A DNA stretch of 64,000 nt from Flaccisagitta enflata (lineage: Eukaryota). A model generated the notes under the pieces. That model had not been told where the DNA came from and made no database searches. It saw only the letters and a program-made list of their open reading frames with translations. The DNA lies in NCBI GenBank assembly GCA_965153355.1, contig OZ231126.1, positions 45,632,001 to 45,696,000 of the forward strand, read 5' to 3'. Position 1 is the stretch's first letter, and each line of letters opens with the position of its first letter. The position numbers and the translations under genes were made by a program. Shown piece after piece: positions 14,721-28,829 of the stretch.

Positions 14721-15938
14721 TTCCATCTTTCACTCTTTTCACTCCCTCTCTGTTAGGCGCAGACAGAAGGTTTCCCGTCGTCCGTCGTAGTCTATCATCG
14801 ACTGCTGACGGTGACGGTCGTCGATAGGGTTAAAGTCGTCGTTGCGATGGGGTTAAAAGAAACCTTCTCGGGCGCGCGCCCGCCTTTCTTACACTTGGAA
14901 GGACAACTAGACTCGAAAGAGTTTCTTGGCTTTTGTTGTCGTCGTTGAGAGTGAAATCGGCGCGCCTCGGCTCAGCTCAGGTGTGTATATCATCAGTGTC
15001 AAGTCGACTGTATCGACTTTATTGTGTCTCCAAGCTTACAGCGTCGAAACAGATTTGAGACATGATGAAAGTCCTTGAAAAGTCATGAACAAGTTAGAAA
15101 GCTGTAAATTCTAGACTACAAGGGATCCGTTGATTGGGGTCAGTTTAAAATCAAATAGAGACCAATAGTTGAAAATTCAACATTCACTTCTTTCGAAATA
15201 CGGAAAATTTGCAAAATGACTGGAAATTTCGTTTCGGATTATCGGATATCTAAAAACTAAGTTAAAGTGGGAACATTTCCTGACGTCGTTTACAAGCTTT
15301 CACCGCACCCAATTGAACCAATTTACCTCAACAGACGTGAAAAAGAAATCCAGGTGGCGTCAATTCCAAGTAACATCGCCATGTCGTAACTAACGCTTTT
15401 GACAAACAAATCGTCTCGGTGAACGTCTTCGTCGTCATCGACATCGTCATTATCTTTGTCGTGATCGTCATCATCTATACACCGTCATTGCAGTTCTGTT
15501 CATCACTGTCGTCGTCATAGTCACTGTCATCGTCACAACCGTCATCCTGAGTCCGTCACCGACGACCGGAAACGACGTTTTCGGCGCCTCTCGACGCCTT
15601 CGAAGGCGACAAACGCGTTGACGCGTCATTTCTCACGTGAGAAACCAATTTCATTCCTTCTTTACCCAATCGGTAATAACAAGAATGAAGTCAAAACGTT
15701 ACAAAATGACTCGATTTTGAGTACCGACGAAGCTTTTCCTTTCCTAAATTACCTGCAATCAAAATTCACTCTCGAAAATTTTAACGTCAGTCGATTACAG
15801 CAAAAAATGTGGGCGTAGCGCGAGCGAAGAAGGAATAGGAGCACTTTTTCCCCTTTCATGTGTTCCGGTGTTTATCGTCGGTCTGTCTATCTGTCTGCCT
15901 GTCTGCCTTTGTGTCTGTCTGACTGCGCTTAGAACTGT

Positions 15939-15988
<50 letters not shown>

Positions 15989-17518
15989 ATTCATTATTAA
16001 AGGAAAAAAACGATTTTGAAGTTTTGCTCTCTGATATTTTCCCCCGGTGGCTTGGTGGCCTCTCGATTTCTTACACGAGGTTTTATTAAACGTTGCCCAA
16101 AGTTGCGTTTTGGGGGCACTTATTTACCATCGTTTTTGTTTTCCTTTTAAACATTACCGAAGAAGTTCATCCCTCCCTCGCCACCATCACCACTTTCTTA
16201 GGCGTCTTTACATAGTCAATCTACCGCGCGATTTAGGACCCTGACACTCAAGTGTAAACGTTGCCAATACCATCAACTATCCTTCGTTTGTCTTTAAGTC
16301 CGATCGAACCGTAGATACAAATACAAGTCATAGATTTTGTCCAAACCATGAAACACGCTTTAAGACGAATCGTGAATCTCCACTGCACCAAAATGTCATT
16401 TCTTGAGAATTCCCACCTTTCCCACCAACCAGGCTTTCCCCCTTTTCACCCATCTTTGCCTAGTTACCACCTTCTCCACCTCCGCATATTCCACCGGCCT
16501 GCCTAAAATCTGGTTAACCTCTCAAGGTGACCTCTGGGAAAGAAGAGAAAAGTTAAAATCAAATCGAATCTAATTTAGAATTGCAATTTTTGGCGTCGGA
16601 ACGAGAGCGGGGTTGGGCCGCGGTTTTCGGTAACAGGCATTATTTTAAAAGAATCAAATGAATATTAACGGAACAATCACGTACACGTTTTAATAGCAAA
16701 TTAGTCAAATAAGTTTTTGAAAGATTCAAATTGCTCTTTCTGTATTTCCATCATAGCCACAAAAGTAGTCTTTCTTTCTGTCCACTTTATCAGTATTTTC
16801 AAGATCACAAAAGTGTCTTTTTCTTTTTACAAAGATATCGTCTTAAACAAAGACTTGGATCATCTGACTTTTGTATCCATTTTGGACCGCTTTATCAAGA
16901 AATAGCAAGTGTGTTTAAGCGATTCGTTTCAAATGATGCATTTCACTAAGAGGCAAAACATTTCATTTTAACAATGATTTGATTGCAATTCTATCTACTG
17001 CTATCTGCCGGATACCGTCAGTTTTTTTCTGTCCAACTCTAATGTTCCATTCTTGAACTTTAACGGTTTATTGTTACTCATCACGGTATTCTTTGACGGT
17101 CACGCCCGAAGTAGCTGGTTGATCGTACCAGGGAGTTGGCGCGCGAGTTGTATAATCATAATTTCCCTCGATACACTGCAAATCCAGACACGCACACACA
17201 AAATATTCTTTTCCATTTTCTGCTCATCAAAGTCCCTGGAACCCTAGTTTTCCCTGACAACTTCGTCGTTACCTCATAAATGACCTCATTAGCCTACAAA
17301 TGACCCAGTCACCTTCCACGAAAGAGAGAGAAAGAGAGATGAAACGTGAGCTGAGATGCCATCGCCAGCATTTTTGGCCCCAGACGAAAGGCGACCATAA
17401 AATCAGAAAGCGAGAGTAAATAATCACTTCCAATAACGAATTTTCGTGCGATTGCCCTCACGAAATAACGCCTCTTGCTCCACCTTTAAATACGAAATGT
17501 GAGATAACCGGAGAGGGA

Positions 17519-17624
<106 letters not shown>

Positions 17625-18015
17625 GAGAACCACAGACAGACAGATAGACAGACAGACGGAGATAGAAAGACACAGACACAGACACAGACACAGACACAGA
17701 CACAGACACAGACACAGATAGAAAGTGTCGGGCAATTACACAATATGGTACACAAACACGCACAGTGTTAATGGCCGTTTTACAATTTGTTTTTCAAGAT
17801 TTTATGGGGAGATGTCGAGGGGGTTTTGGAAATTTCAAATTGAAATACGCACACAAATACCGACATATTACACATACCCAAAAGCGCACGTAGACTCGCA
17901 CAGAAGCGCGCACAAAAACACACGTAACAGGCATCTTCCCACCAAGTGAACAAATTGAAAAGATAACCTGACTCGAAAGGAAATCCGTTTACACGGCTCA
18001 ACGCCTGCCTCTGGG

Positions 18016-18490
<475 letters not shown>

Positions 18491-18548
18491 TGTGTACGTG
18501 CTTCGTATTCCAGGTTCCAGGTTTTTCGTTGTGTGTTTTTGGTTTGTT

Positions 18549-19140
18549 TTTTTTAGTCACGGACTATAAAAGAGGCTTTGTCCAACCAGGGGGGGTACGC
18601 AGGGTACCTAAACTGCCGGAAGAATTGGTTCCTCCCCTGACTCCCATAGAATAATGTTTATCTAAGAAAAATCCATGGTTAAATCAATTCTTCCGGCTAT
18701 AGAAGTAGGAATAAAGTGAGGTCGAACATGTCAACAAGGAAAGAAAAAAATAATTAACAGCAATCATCATAACATTCATCAACAGAGCATTTTGTTGTTT
18801 GACAAACTTTATGCACAGAGTAGTCAATCGACACTTCTCTACTTTTTTCATAGCACTATGACTCACAACCAACGCGATCATCTGTAATCAAAGACTAGAA
18901 ACTGACCAAAGAATTTTCTGATAGTTATTTTTTGATTCATAAAATGAAGCAAAATGCCACAAGAGATCTCGAATTCAGTCGGTAAAAAATAATGGTACCC
19001 TAAAAATGTCATTTACACATCTAAGGCTACGTTCGTCGTCTGTTGTCCAACCGTTGGTCCATCTATCTGTCCGTGACAATACAGTCCAAAAGTGTAGAAA
19101 CGCGCCTTTTGGATATCCTGCCCATCCGTCCGCGACGACA
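18549..19140 (+). mobile_element. Family B-like HINE interrupted by a 456-bp TIR element (18587-19042) with a 9-bp TSD
   Basis: TTGTCCAAC is duplicated at 18578-18586 and 19043-19051; the insert has degenerate CAG...CTG termini; removing it restores the family B body. Confidence 0.65.
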
Positions 19141-19210
19141 TTAATCTTTATTAAGAACTAACGCATCATTGAAATATCGTTTTCATTTTCAAATTACCTG
19201 TATTTTGGTA

Positions 19211-20127
19211 TTTTTAGATGCGTCCGTCAGGGACGCATCTCTATAAGAGATTCTGTTCATTGGTCCGTCCGTTCGTCCGTCCGTCCGTCCGTCCTTCCGT
19301 CCGCGGTCAGTCCGTCGGTCCGTCGGTCCGTAACGCCTGTGCGAAAACCGCATTTCTTAGCTGATATAGGCCACGGTGAAATCCTGTACTGAATCTAATG
19401 ATCAACAGGTCGCCCAAGGGCAATATGTGGTCAGCGATACCCGTTGCCCTGCTGTGCATGATTGTGAATTTAAGTGAGGGCAGGCAGGGCAGCGGCCCCG
19501 AAGGGGACGAAGTCCTGTAAAACACAGGGGGACTTTCGTTTGTGCGTTCCTCCATCCATACGTTTGGGCTGAATTCAGGTCTAAGAGCGCTGAGGTAAGG
19601 TTAGAAAGCCAGTTGGGGGCTTGAATGGGCTGACTTGAGGCTTGAAAGAACTGGATCAAGGCTTGGAAGGCCATAGAGAACTGACTTAAGGATCAGATAG
19701 CTGATTTGAGGCTTGAGAGGCCTAATCTAAGGTAAGAGGTTGAATTTGAGGCCTTAGAGGCCAGATTTAAGGCCTGAGAGGCCAGATTTGAGGCCTGAGA
19801 GGCCTGAGAGGCCAGATAAAAGGCCTGAGAGGCCAAATCTGAGGCCTAAGGGGCCAGATTTGAGGCCTGAGAGGCCAGATTTGAAACCTGAGGCGTCTGA
19901 GGGGGGGACGCACGCACGTACGAACGAACGAACGAACGAACGAAAGTCCCCCTGTGTTCTACAGGACTTCGTCCCCTTCGGGGCCGCTGCCCAAAAACGT
20001 GTTTTAAGAGCCTTCACTATTCTCTCGCTTCATCTGTCTGGCCATCGTTATCTCCAAATATGTCACATATTTAGTCAATACTCGCAGAGACACAGTCCGG
20101 ATACATCGTTGCCCGGTCGGGCTTGTT
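19211..20127 (+). mobile_element. Family D HINE (AGATGCGTC...GACGCATCT) with a nested minus-strand family E element (19404-19997)
   Basis: The flanks join to match the uninterrupted D copy at 48981-49261. The insert has a GGGCAGCGGCCCCGAAGGGG inverted repeat and a 21-bp minisatellite. Confidence 0.75.
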
Positions 20128-20223
20128 CCTTATTGTACGGTTCATGTTTCACGTCTGTTGTATGTCAGCTTTTCCTGTTGTTCTACTTGTCTGCCTATCA
20201 GTTTTTCTGTCTACATGTCTACA

Positions 20224-20319
<96 letters not shown>

Positions 20320-21408
20320 GGAGGAAGGCAGAGTTTATGTGACGCCGAAGATTTGTTAGCGGCGTTGCGAGCCACAAATTGCGCGGATTTAACCCAAAAG
20401 GTTTTAGATTTTTCACCTTGAGTTTAAGCTTTAAGTGCTTTTCACGTTTCGATGTAATAAATTTAAATTTTGTCAAGGCCTTTTTCTCGACAAAAGCTTT
20501 GCCATTTTTTAGAAGATAGGACGGAGAATTAAAAGAATGAAAAGATTTGGAAAAGAGGAAGGCGCTGACTCTCATGTTTTAGTGCCTTTACATGCCTCCT
20601 TCATTTCTAGGCGCCTAGTTGGTAACATTTCTTTTTGTCTCTCACCCCTTTATTCGCCCTCAGTGAAATGAATTCGTGTTGATTTTTTTTTAAACACTGC
20701 AGATAAGCGGTGGTCATTTCGCGACGATTTTTTTGTATGTATTAAACGTCTGACATAACGACATGTGATCATCGAAAATTTTAGGTGGTATTTATGTCAC
20801 GAAAATTCTGAGAGACAAGGCCTAACAGACGAACCCAAGGCTCAAGGCTCAAGGCCCTCATGCAATCACTACCCTTCGCGTAAGCTGGATATCGCGCCAT
20901 AATCACGTCGTGTTTTATACGGAATAAAAATCGTGGATTTACCCTCTCGGACGCTCTTTCAAAATAATGGAATAATGTTAACAACGAAATGACAGACTGA
21001 CACTGCCTATTATAGATATTCGATGACGTACCTTTAAAAAAAATCTCGGTAATATACTAACCTCCATATAATGAGGAAAAAACAGAGAAAGAGAATTTGA
21101 GCAATGAAATTTTTTTCTTCTTCACATCTTTTATCAGGGGGAAATAAATGAATTGGTCTGGCAGAAGCTTTGATTACATTTTCTCCCTTTCTCCTTCTCT
21201 CCTTGAAAATGGTTCCCAGGCCTCGGTTCATCGGACCCCCGCCTTTGTTCGCCACGTGGGTCCTGAGTGACCAAGGTCGGACAACTCCAATGATGAGCCG
21301 GGAAAAAACAGACAGAACCGACAAAACTGCCAAAACGAGAAAACGAAATATCCAAAGTTACTTTTTCCCTTCTCCTTTTCTTCCCACGGAAAATACATCT
21401 GAAAAGTA

Positions 21409-21917
21409 CAGTAGATGTCGTCTAGACTTGGAAATACAGGGGAGCTCATAACCTGAGCATCAGTACAATGAGGGGACTGATATTTTGCTAGTGTAATGTA
21501 TAGACCTTAAGGGGTTGACGATGGGGTATGGCATCCCTCTACGGCTTACCTTACAAAAAAAACTTTTAGTATAAAACATTAGGATCAATCACTTTTATGG
21601 CAGAATTTCAGCTTTATCTATTTGCTTAAGTTGAAAAACCAGCCCGGGGTCCGAACCTGGAACCTTTAAAGAAATAAACGACTGGCAATAAATCTGAAGT
21701 TAAGTGAGTTAACCACTTGACCAATATCGACAGCTGTTCAAGTGGAGCTAATATGATTTAGTATATTCAAAAGAATTTTCTTTCTAAAGAGCTGCCATAC
21801 CCCATCGTCAACCCTATAGGACATAAGCATTATACACACACAGTTTCATTTCACTGGCATAAATGGTAGTTATGGTATGAAGGCCCCCGTATTTCCAAGT
21901 ATAGACGACATCTACTG
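21409..21917. mobile_element. Tc1/mariner-type MITE, TA TSD
   Basis: TIR CAGTAGATGTCGTCTA(G/T)ACTTGGAAATAC at both ends flanked by TA; second internal inverted pair GGTTGACGATGGGGTATGGCA. Confidence 0.85.
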
Positions 21918-22016
21918 TAGATCTATAAAAACAGATTTAAAATGTAGCCGAACGATAAAAAATGAGCTGTTTTTTCCCAAGATTAGACCCACCACCTCTT
22001 GGGCAGATGCTCTCTA

Positions 22017-22622
22017 ACAGGGTGAGCAAAAAAATTTGCACAAACATATGGGTATAGAATCAGCACTTCTAGATGCCCTGATAAGGTGAAATTTGAACCA
22101 TAACCCCACAATTAGTCCTACTGGACAGTAGTATGGGCCGTCATTCACTTTTCCAATTTCTGTTTCCATTGGGAGGCATCAAAGTTGAACCGCACTGTCA
22201 GATTTTGCATGAATTTTACTGGCCAAATTTAGAATGATGGAAACTCTACTCAGTCTAGTGTTTTTCTCCTGCTTGGCATCTTCTGCAAGTCATTGTCATA
22301 CACAACATGTAACCTTGACGTCAGATGGTCATAACAATTGATAATAGGGTCAAGGGGCTTAGATATATCTCACAAAATGAAAAAAATAATCATACCACTT
22401 CATAAAGGGAACAGTCAAAATCATGGTACATAGACAGTATGTGATAATGATAATAATTCATTTTCTAGACCATATATATAGCCTATAGTCATTGTATTGG
22501 TTCATTAGTATTCTTGATTACTAAAATTAAGTATTCAGTGCATATCATGATAGTATTTGCTCTACATTGCATTATTTTTCATTACTTTATCAGAGTTGTG
22601 AAAAATTTTTTGCTCATCCTGT
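22017..22622. mobile_element. Tc1/mariner-type non-autonomous element, TA TSD
   Basis: Left TA|ACAGGGTGAGCAAAAAAATTTGCACAA; right TTGTGAAAAATTTTTTGCTCATCCTGT|TA. Confidence 0.8.
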
Positions 22623-23142
22623 TATCCGCGCCAGTCGATCGATCCATATTCAAAGTGATCGTAAGATAGAAATTGACTCGTATAAAATTTGTGAAATCTA
22701 CATTCATTGTACGTTTATTAAAATTATTGACAATTTCATTTCAGTTGCAGAAAATAATTCTTTTTTGTCATCACTCATATGTGAACTGTTGTGCGTATGC
22801 CTGTCGAGGTCGCATCGTGGTTTCAACGAAAACACTTGTTCTAATTCTCCTTCAATTCTCACTTATTTTTTTTCTCTCTTTCATTCAGAATCAGTCATTA
22901 ATCTTGGGTATCATTCGGCCATCAAATTCTGACGTTGGATCTTCGGTCAAACCCACAGAAGGATTGGCTATATTAGTGGAAATTCCACTTTTCATTATCC
23001 TTTTTATTTCATCCGTCACTTTCGTGTCAAGAAAAAAAAAGGATAAAAAAATCTTTGCTTTTCCTCTTTTATTACCTTTAAATGAAAATTTCCATTGGTT
23101 CAGCGTCCGACTGCGCAAACTGACCATCAAACTTCACGTCTA

Positions 23143-23408
23143 ATTTGTAGTCGCGTGCACGCGACTCTACACCTTGCCGTGTCGGTCGGTAAGTCGGTAG
23201 GTCGGTCCGTCCGTCCGTCCGTCGGTCCGTCACATTTTTAAATTTTTGACATTTTTGGACGTTTTTTAACATTTTTAAACATTATTTAACATTTTTTAGC
23301 ATGTTTAACAATCTTTAACATTTTTTAACACTTTCTGACTTTTTTGGCTTTTTAACATTTTGTCTGTCATTTCCAGACGCACGCGACTGTTGCCCTCTTG
23401 GGCTTGTT
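23143..23408 (+). mobile_element. HINE family A variant with internal TTTTAACA degenerate repeats
   Basis: AGTCGCGTGCACGCGACT start, 3' GCACGCGACT, then GCCCTCTTGGGC hairpin and TTGTT. Confidence 0.75.
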
Positions 23409-23500
23409 TTTTCTCACTCTAACTAAAATTCTTTTTCTCATTCATTGTTATTGTTCTTTCTGCTTTTCCCTTTCGTTTCATCATCCTATATCATCTTACT

Positions 23501-23740
23501 TTTTAGTTGCGAACAAGCAACTCGATAAGAGACTTTGTCTGTCTGTTGGTCAGCTGGTCCGTCATGGTGATCGTGTTGAAAAATGCAAAAACGCGCATTT
23601 TCGAGGCTCCTGTTGTGACTGTGCAATGTGCATGTGCATGTGCATGTGTGTGAGTGTGTGTGTGGGGTGGGCAAGGCTGAGGCTGGGGGTTGGATGCCCG
23701 TCCGTCCGCAACGATATTGTGACCCCGCGTCACTGGTTCA
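23501..23740 (+). mobile_element. HINE family B, long variant
   Basis: AGTTGCGAAC..GCAACT start; CCGTCCGCAACGATATTGTGACCCCGCGTCAC end. Confidence 0.65.
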
Positions 23741-23956
23741 GTTGAGAGTTGAAGTGACTTGACTGTTTAAGAACGTTCATCCCATTTCTTTCATTCAGTC
23801 GCGTAACATGAATGGATGTAAGAATTTGCGTCGTTCGGTCTGTGTGCATTCAGCAACGGATTTTCATTGACGCTGCCCAATGTTAACGTTTGATATGGAG
23901 TCACATCTGAGCTACTACCCTCCCGCGATAAAACAGATAAGCCGGTCTCTTCATCC

Positions 23957-24108
23957 TTTTTAGTCGCGGACACGCGACTTTAGAACCTTCCGTGTCGGTC
24001 CGTCCGTCGGTCCGTCGGTAGGTGATAGTTTTCGAATTGCGAGCGGTTTTTGCATTACTGCCCCTGCTCAACCGTCCGCGACGGTCCCGCCGTTTATCCG
24101 GCCTTGTT
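23957..24108 (+). mobile_element. HINE family C (AGTCGCGGACACGCGACT)
   Basis: 5' palindrome, GTCG/GTCC tract, 3' GTCCGCGAC subTIR, ATCCGGCCTTGTT end. Confidence 0.75.
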
Positions 24109-24511
24109 TCTGGGGGGGTGTTACTTAATACCCACGGTATCCTCCCTTGGAAAGGATTCTTTCTGATCATATCTTTCCAGATCACGCTTTCGTTCTATCC
24201 CCAACTCCCCTGAATCTCACTCTCTACTTACCCTCATTGTCGCGACGTCGGTGTTCTTCACGTTCAACTTGGCGCGAGCGCAAGCCGTGTATCTCACCTT
24301 CATTTCACTCCGGCTTTTATGAGCTTTACTCTTTTATCTTTCGCCTTTTGTTTCATCAACGACATCTACTTTTTTATTCCTTCATTCATTACGTTGCTCT
24401 TTTCTTTTTTCTTTCTTTCTCTTGCGTCTTTCTATTGTCTTTGTCGTGTTCGTCTTCCTCATCTTCTTCACCTTTTCTTTGCAGCGCCTTTTCATTCTAT
24501 GCCTTCTACGC

Positions 24512-24756
24512 CTTTTTTGTTGCGGGCATACAACTGTATAAGAGGCTTCGTCCGTCCGTCCGTCCATTAATCCGTCCGTCAGTCCATTACGATTGAGTCA
24601 AAAAGTGTGAAAACGCGCATTTGAGATGTACTGCGGTTGTGTTTGTCCGTGCGTGTTAGTGTGTGTTAGTGTGTGTGGGGTTAGGGAGGGTGTGGATGGG
24701 GGTTGTGCGCCCCTACCCACCCGTCCGCAACGATATCGTGACGCCGCGTCTCTTGC
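24512..24756 (+). mobile_element. HINE family B, long variant
   Basis: Collinear with 23501-23740. Confidence 0.65.
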
Positions 24757-24855
24757 TCTACCCGACCATCATTTTGCTCCTGTCATTTGTTCTTTCAGAA
24801 TGTAGTCAAGAGTTAGCATTTTTCCAACTTGTATCATATGTCCCATGTCCCTTTA

Positions 24856-24916
<61 letters not shown>

Positions 24917-24920
24917 CTCG

Positions 24921-24977
<57 letters not shown>

Positions 24978-25452
24978 TGCTCATATCCGCACTACGTGTC
25001 ATTTTCTAATAAAAGTATACTTGGAGATCGGTCGTCATTACAATTCACATTCCGCCAATCTTATCTCTGTTTCTCACTAGTTAAAATGAGAGAAATTGTC
25101 TCAGTCTGTTTGTCTGTCTTTATCTGGCTGGCTGACTATCTTCGTCAGGGTACGGCAAAGTGCCTGAGCACGCGAGCATTGCTCGTAGGCAGCAAAGTAT
25201 TCTTGTAGGCAGGAGAGAAAAATATATGAAAAATTTATTATGGAAGTATGAAAAAAAAGATTTTTTAACCTGAACATCATAATTTTGTTTTTCTGAGTTT
25301 CCAATTAGTTTGATTTGAGAAAAATTTTAAATAAATTTGTAATTCTGAACCTAGAATGTATCAAAAACGTGTGAAAATTATTCAATTCTATTGTAGGCAG
25401 GAAGCGAATGGAAAATCCTGCTTGTGGGCGGCCAAAAATTTGGCCGGACCCT

Positions 25453-25487
<35 letters not shown>

Positions 25488-25876
25488 CTCTTTCGTTTCT
25501 CATATTTTTTTCTCATCTGAATTTTTTTTCCTCTCCCTATCATCATCTCAACGATTTCTATTGTTCTACCTTCAAACACTTTTTTCTCACTTTCATAAAA
25601 GCTGTCATCCTCATTTCCAGGACAGGAATGACTGAAGCTTAGACTTAATGGCTTTTACAGCAGGTTTGAGGCAAGATCCGACTCATGGATATCCCGATGA
25701 TGCGAAAGATGGGGACGTGCTTTTGCTGCTATTGCTACTAGTGCTAGAGTGCTACCGACGCGACGGTGATAGTTGTGATGATAATGAAAGGCCTCTAACC
25801 AATACGTTTTTCAGCTGTAATGCTTCATCAGGGTATGAAACGAAATACAAGATCGCAGATAATCTATGGCAAATGT

Positions 25877-26150
25877 AACAAGCCCGATCAGGCAACGATG
25901 CGTCCTGACTGTATTTCTGTGCGTAGCGACTTTGGCACTAGTTTTGGTTTGACTGACATGAAAAGACTTATTATCAGATCAAAAGAGGCTCTCAGAACAC
26001 TCTAATGAGTGATTGGCTTGATTCTAGACATCCTCGCGGCTGAAAAATGCCAAAAACTGCGATTTCCAAGGAGGCGTAACGGACGGACGGACGGACCGAC
26101 CGACCGACCGACGGACTGCCTCTGATAGAGATGCGAGGCTGCATCTAAAA
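25877..26150 (-). mobile_element. HINE family D
   Basis: Reverse complement of the TTTTAGATGC..GCATCTCTAT start and GACGCATCGTTGCC..CGGGCTTGTT end; GGAC/GACC tract. Confidence 0.65.
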
Positions 26151-26456
26151 ACATGGTCGAAATGGATCCACGATTAGCGACGATAATAAGTCATCTTGAT
26201 GGTCTCCTTGGTGGTGAAGAGAGGCAAAAAAGTTTTTTTGAAACAAAAAAAGCTCATTGGATTTTCTTTCTACCACGAGCAAAGTAAGACCTCAATTTGA
26301 GATACCTCGAGCCGGCGATAATTTGGATTGTTCACGTGAGTCCGATGTTCTCCAGCTCGATAACTGAACCCTTTCCCGTCTCACCGATGTAAGTACGTTA
26401 ACAATTGGCGCAGACACGTAAATATATGACGTTTTTTTAAGTTTGGCAAGGTCATA

Positions 26457-26488
<32 letters not shown>

Positions 26489-26495
26489 AATGATA

Positions 26496-26536
<41 letters not shown>

Positions 26537-26555
26537 ATGGATGATGATGGTGATA

Positions 26556-26628
<73 letters not shown>

Positions 26629-26635
26629 CCGGAGA

Positions 26636-26724
<89 letters not shown>

Positions 26725-27077
26725 CATAAGTAGGCGGATTTAATTCTCATTTGCATATTGTTGCAAAATTATCAATAATATTTCATAGAGAAAAGCTGGT
26801 TCGGATTTAAGTTTTACGGTAAATTCAGGATGTCCTAATTCAAATAATGGATGTCATCATTTAAAGATGATTCTTAGGCCTGAATGTTTGTCTCATATTC
26901 TAAATCAAAACGGTTTTGTTACAAAAATTCATCATAAAGCTTTCGAAAAATACTTACTCGCTTTCTCACCGAATGCATTCTTTGAGACTTTGACACTTCG
27001 TATGTCAAAGCTATATAATGATGATGACGATTATGATGATGATGATGAGGATGAAGATGATGATGATGATGATGATA

Positions 27078-27226
<149 letters not shown>

Positions 27227-27628
27227 ATGATGATGATGATGATGATGATTTTATTCTCATTTGCATATTGTTGCAAAAAGTATCAATGATAATTTATGGA
27301 GAAACACTGGTTCGGATTTAAGTCTTTTTGGTATATTCAATATATCCTCATTTGAATGATGGATACCATCATTTAAAGATGATTCTTAGGCTTGGATGTT
27401 CGACTCCTATTCTAAATCAACTAAATTGTGTAACGAAAATTCAATATAAATCTTGCGAAAAATACTTCAAAGTTAAAAAATAGAAGTCTTCGGATCGTTT
27501 CTGTACGACTAGTTTACTCGCTTTCTCACCGAAAGCTTTCTTTGAGGCTTTGACACATGTTTGTCAAAGTTAGTTGACGTTAATGATGATGATGGTGATG
27601 ATAATTATACTGATGACGATGATCAGTA

Positions 27629-27707
<79 letters not shown>

Positions 27708-27852
27708 AATAATACACAGGCGGATTTCATTCTCATTTGCATATTGTTGCAAAATCATCAATGATGATTTATGGAAAAAAATTGGTTCGGTTTATTTTAG
27801 ATATCATGATTTAATTCTTCAACGACGGCATCTTTTGTATGGGCGATTATAT

Positions 27853-28080
27853 TCAAAAAACGAAATGAACATCACATATGAGGAAAACCATAAATGTAAT
27901 ATGACAAGAAGAGCCAAAAATTTTCGATTATTTTAACATAATCATGTTCACTTAGCAAAGTCTTTGTCAAGTCTTTGCCAAGTGAACATGATTATTCTAG
28001 AATAATCGAAAATTTTTGGCTCTTCTTGTCATATTACATGTATGGTTTTCCTCATATATGATGTTCATTTCGTTTTTTGA
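27853..28080. mobile_element. 228-bp near-perfect palindrome (foldback MITE)
   Basis: TCAAAAAACGAAATGAACATCA...CATGTTCACTT is mirrored by AAGTGAACATG...TGATGTTCATTTCGTTTTTTGA with a very short spacer. Confidence 0.8.
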
Positions 28081-28090
28081 TCATGATTTA

Positions 28091-28667
28091 CAGTGGGGTT
28101 CGTGGAATAACAGCCTAAACTGGAGGAAGGTATTTAAGTGTCTTAATTTCATTTGACAAACTTGATATTTGAAATATAAGTTATTCACTTGATGCTTTTG
28201 TCCCTGAGTTTTTTGGTTGCTATAGAAACCAAAATTATTTTGAACATTTATAACAATAACTTGACAAATATTATCAGGGAACATTGCTCAATTAAATTTG
28301 TTACACTTTCCCAGTATGTCCTGTAAGAATATTTGTTTGGCCGTTGCAGGGGCATCACACCTAGCAACCGCTAAATGATGCTCCCTAGCAACGGCCAAAC
28401 GAGCAATATTCTTACAGGACATACTGTGGGAAAGTTGTAGCAAATTTAATTCTGAGCAATGTTCCCTGATAATATTTGTCAAAATATTGATATTCTAGTT
28501 GTTATAAATGTTTGAAAAAATAATTTTAGTTTCCATAGCAACCAAAGAACTCAGGGACAAAAGCATCAAGTGAACAACTTATATTTTAAATATCAAGTTT
28601 GTCAAATAAAATTAAGACACTTAAATACCTTCCTCCAGTTTAGGCTGTTATTCCACGAACCCCACTG
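28091..28667. mobile_element. 577-bp fully palindromic Tc1/mariner-type MITE, TA TSD
   Basis: TA|CAGTGGGGTTCGTGGAATAACAGCCTAAACTGGAGGAAGG... and its exact reverse complement ...CCTTCCTCCAGTTTAGGCTGTTATTCCACGAACCCCACTG|TA; the arms pair almost to the centre. Confidence 0.9.
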
Positions 28668-28673
28668 TAAGTA

Positions 28674-28829
28674 CACTTTTTATTTTTTATAAGAACCTAG
28701 TTTATAAGAACATCAAGCCTTGAAAACGCTGAAAAATTAAGAACATTGTAGTTATTTTATTAGTAGCTATCTCTATCTCTTTTGAAGGCTTCAGAAAAAA
28801 AATGACGTTCTTATAAAAAATAAAAAGTG
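28674..28829. mobile_element. 156-bp MITE, TA TSD
   Basis: TA|CACTTTTTATTTTTTATAAGAAC ... GTTCTTATAAAAAATAAAAAGTG|TA. Confidence 0.85.
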
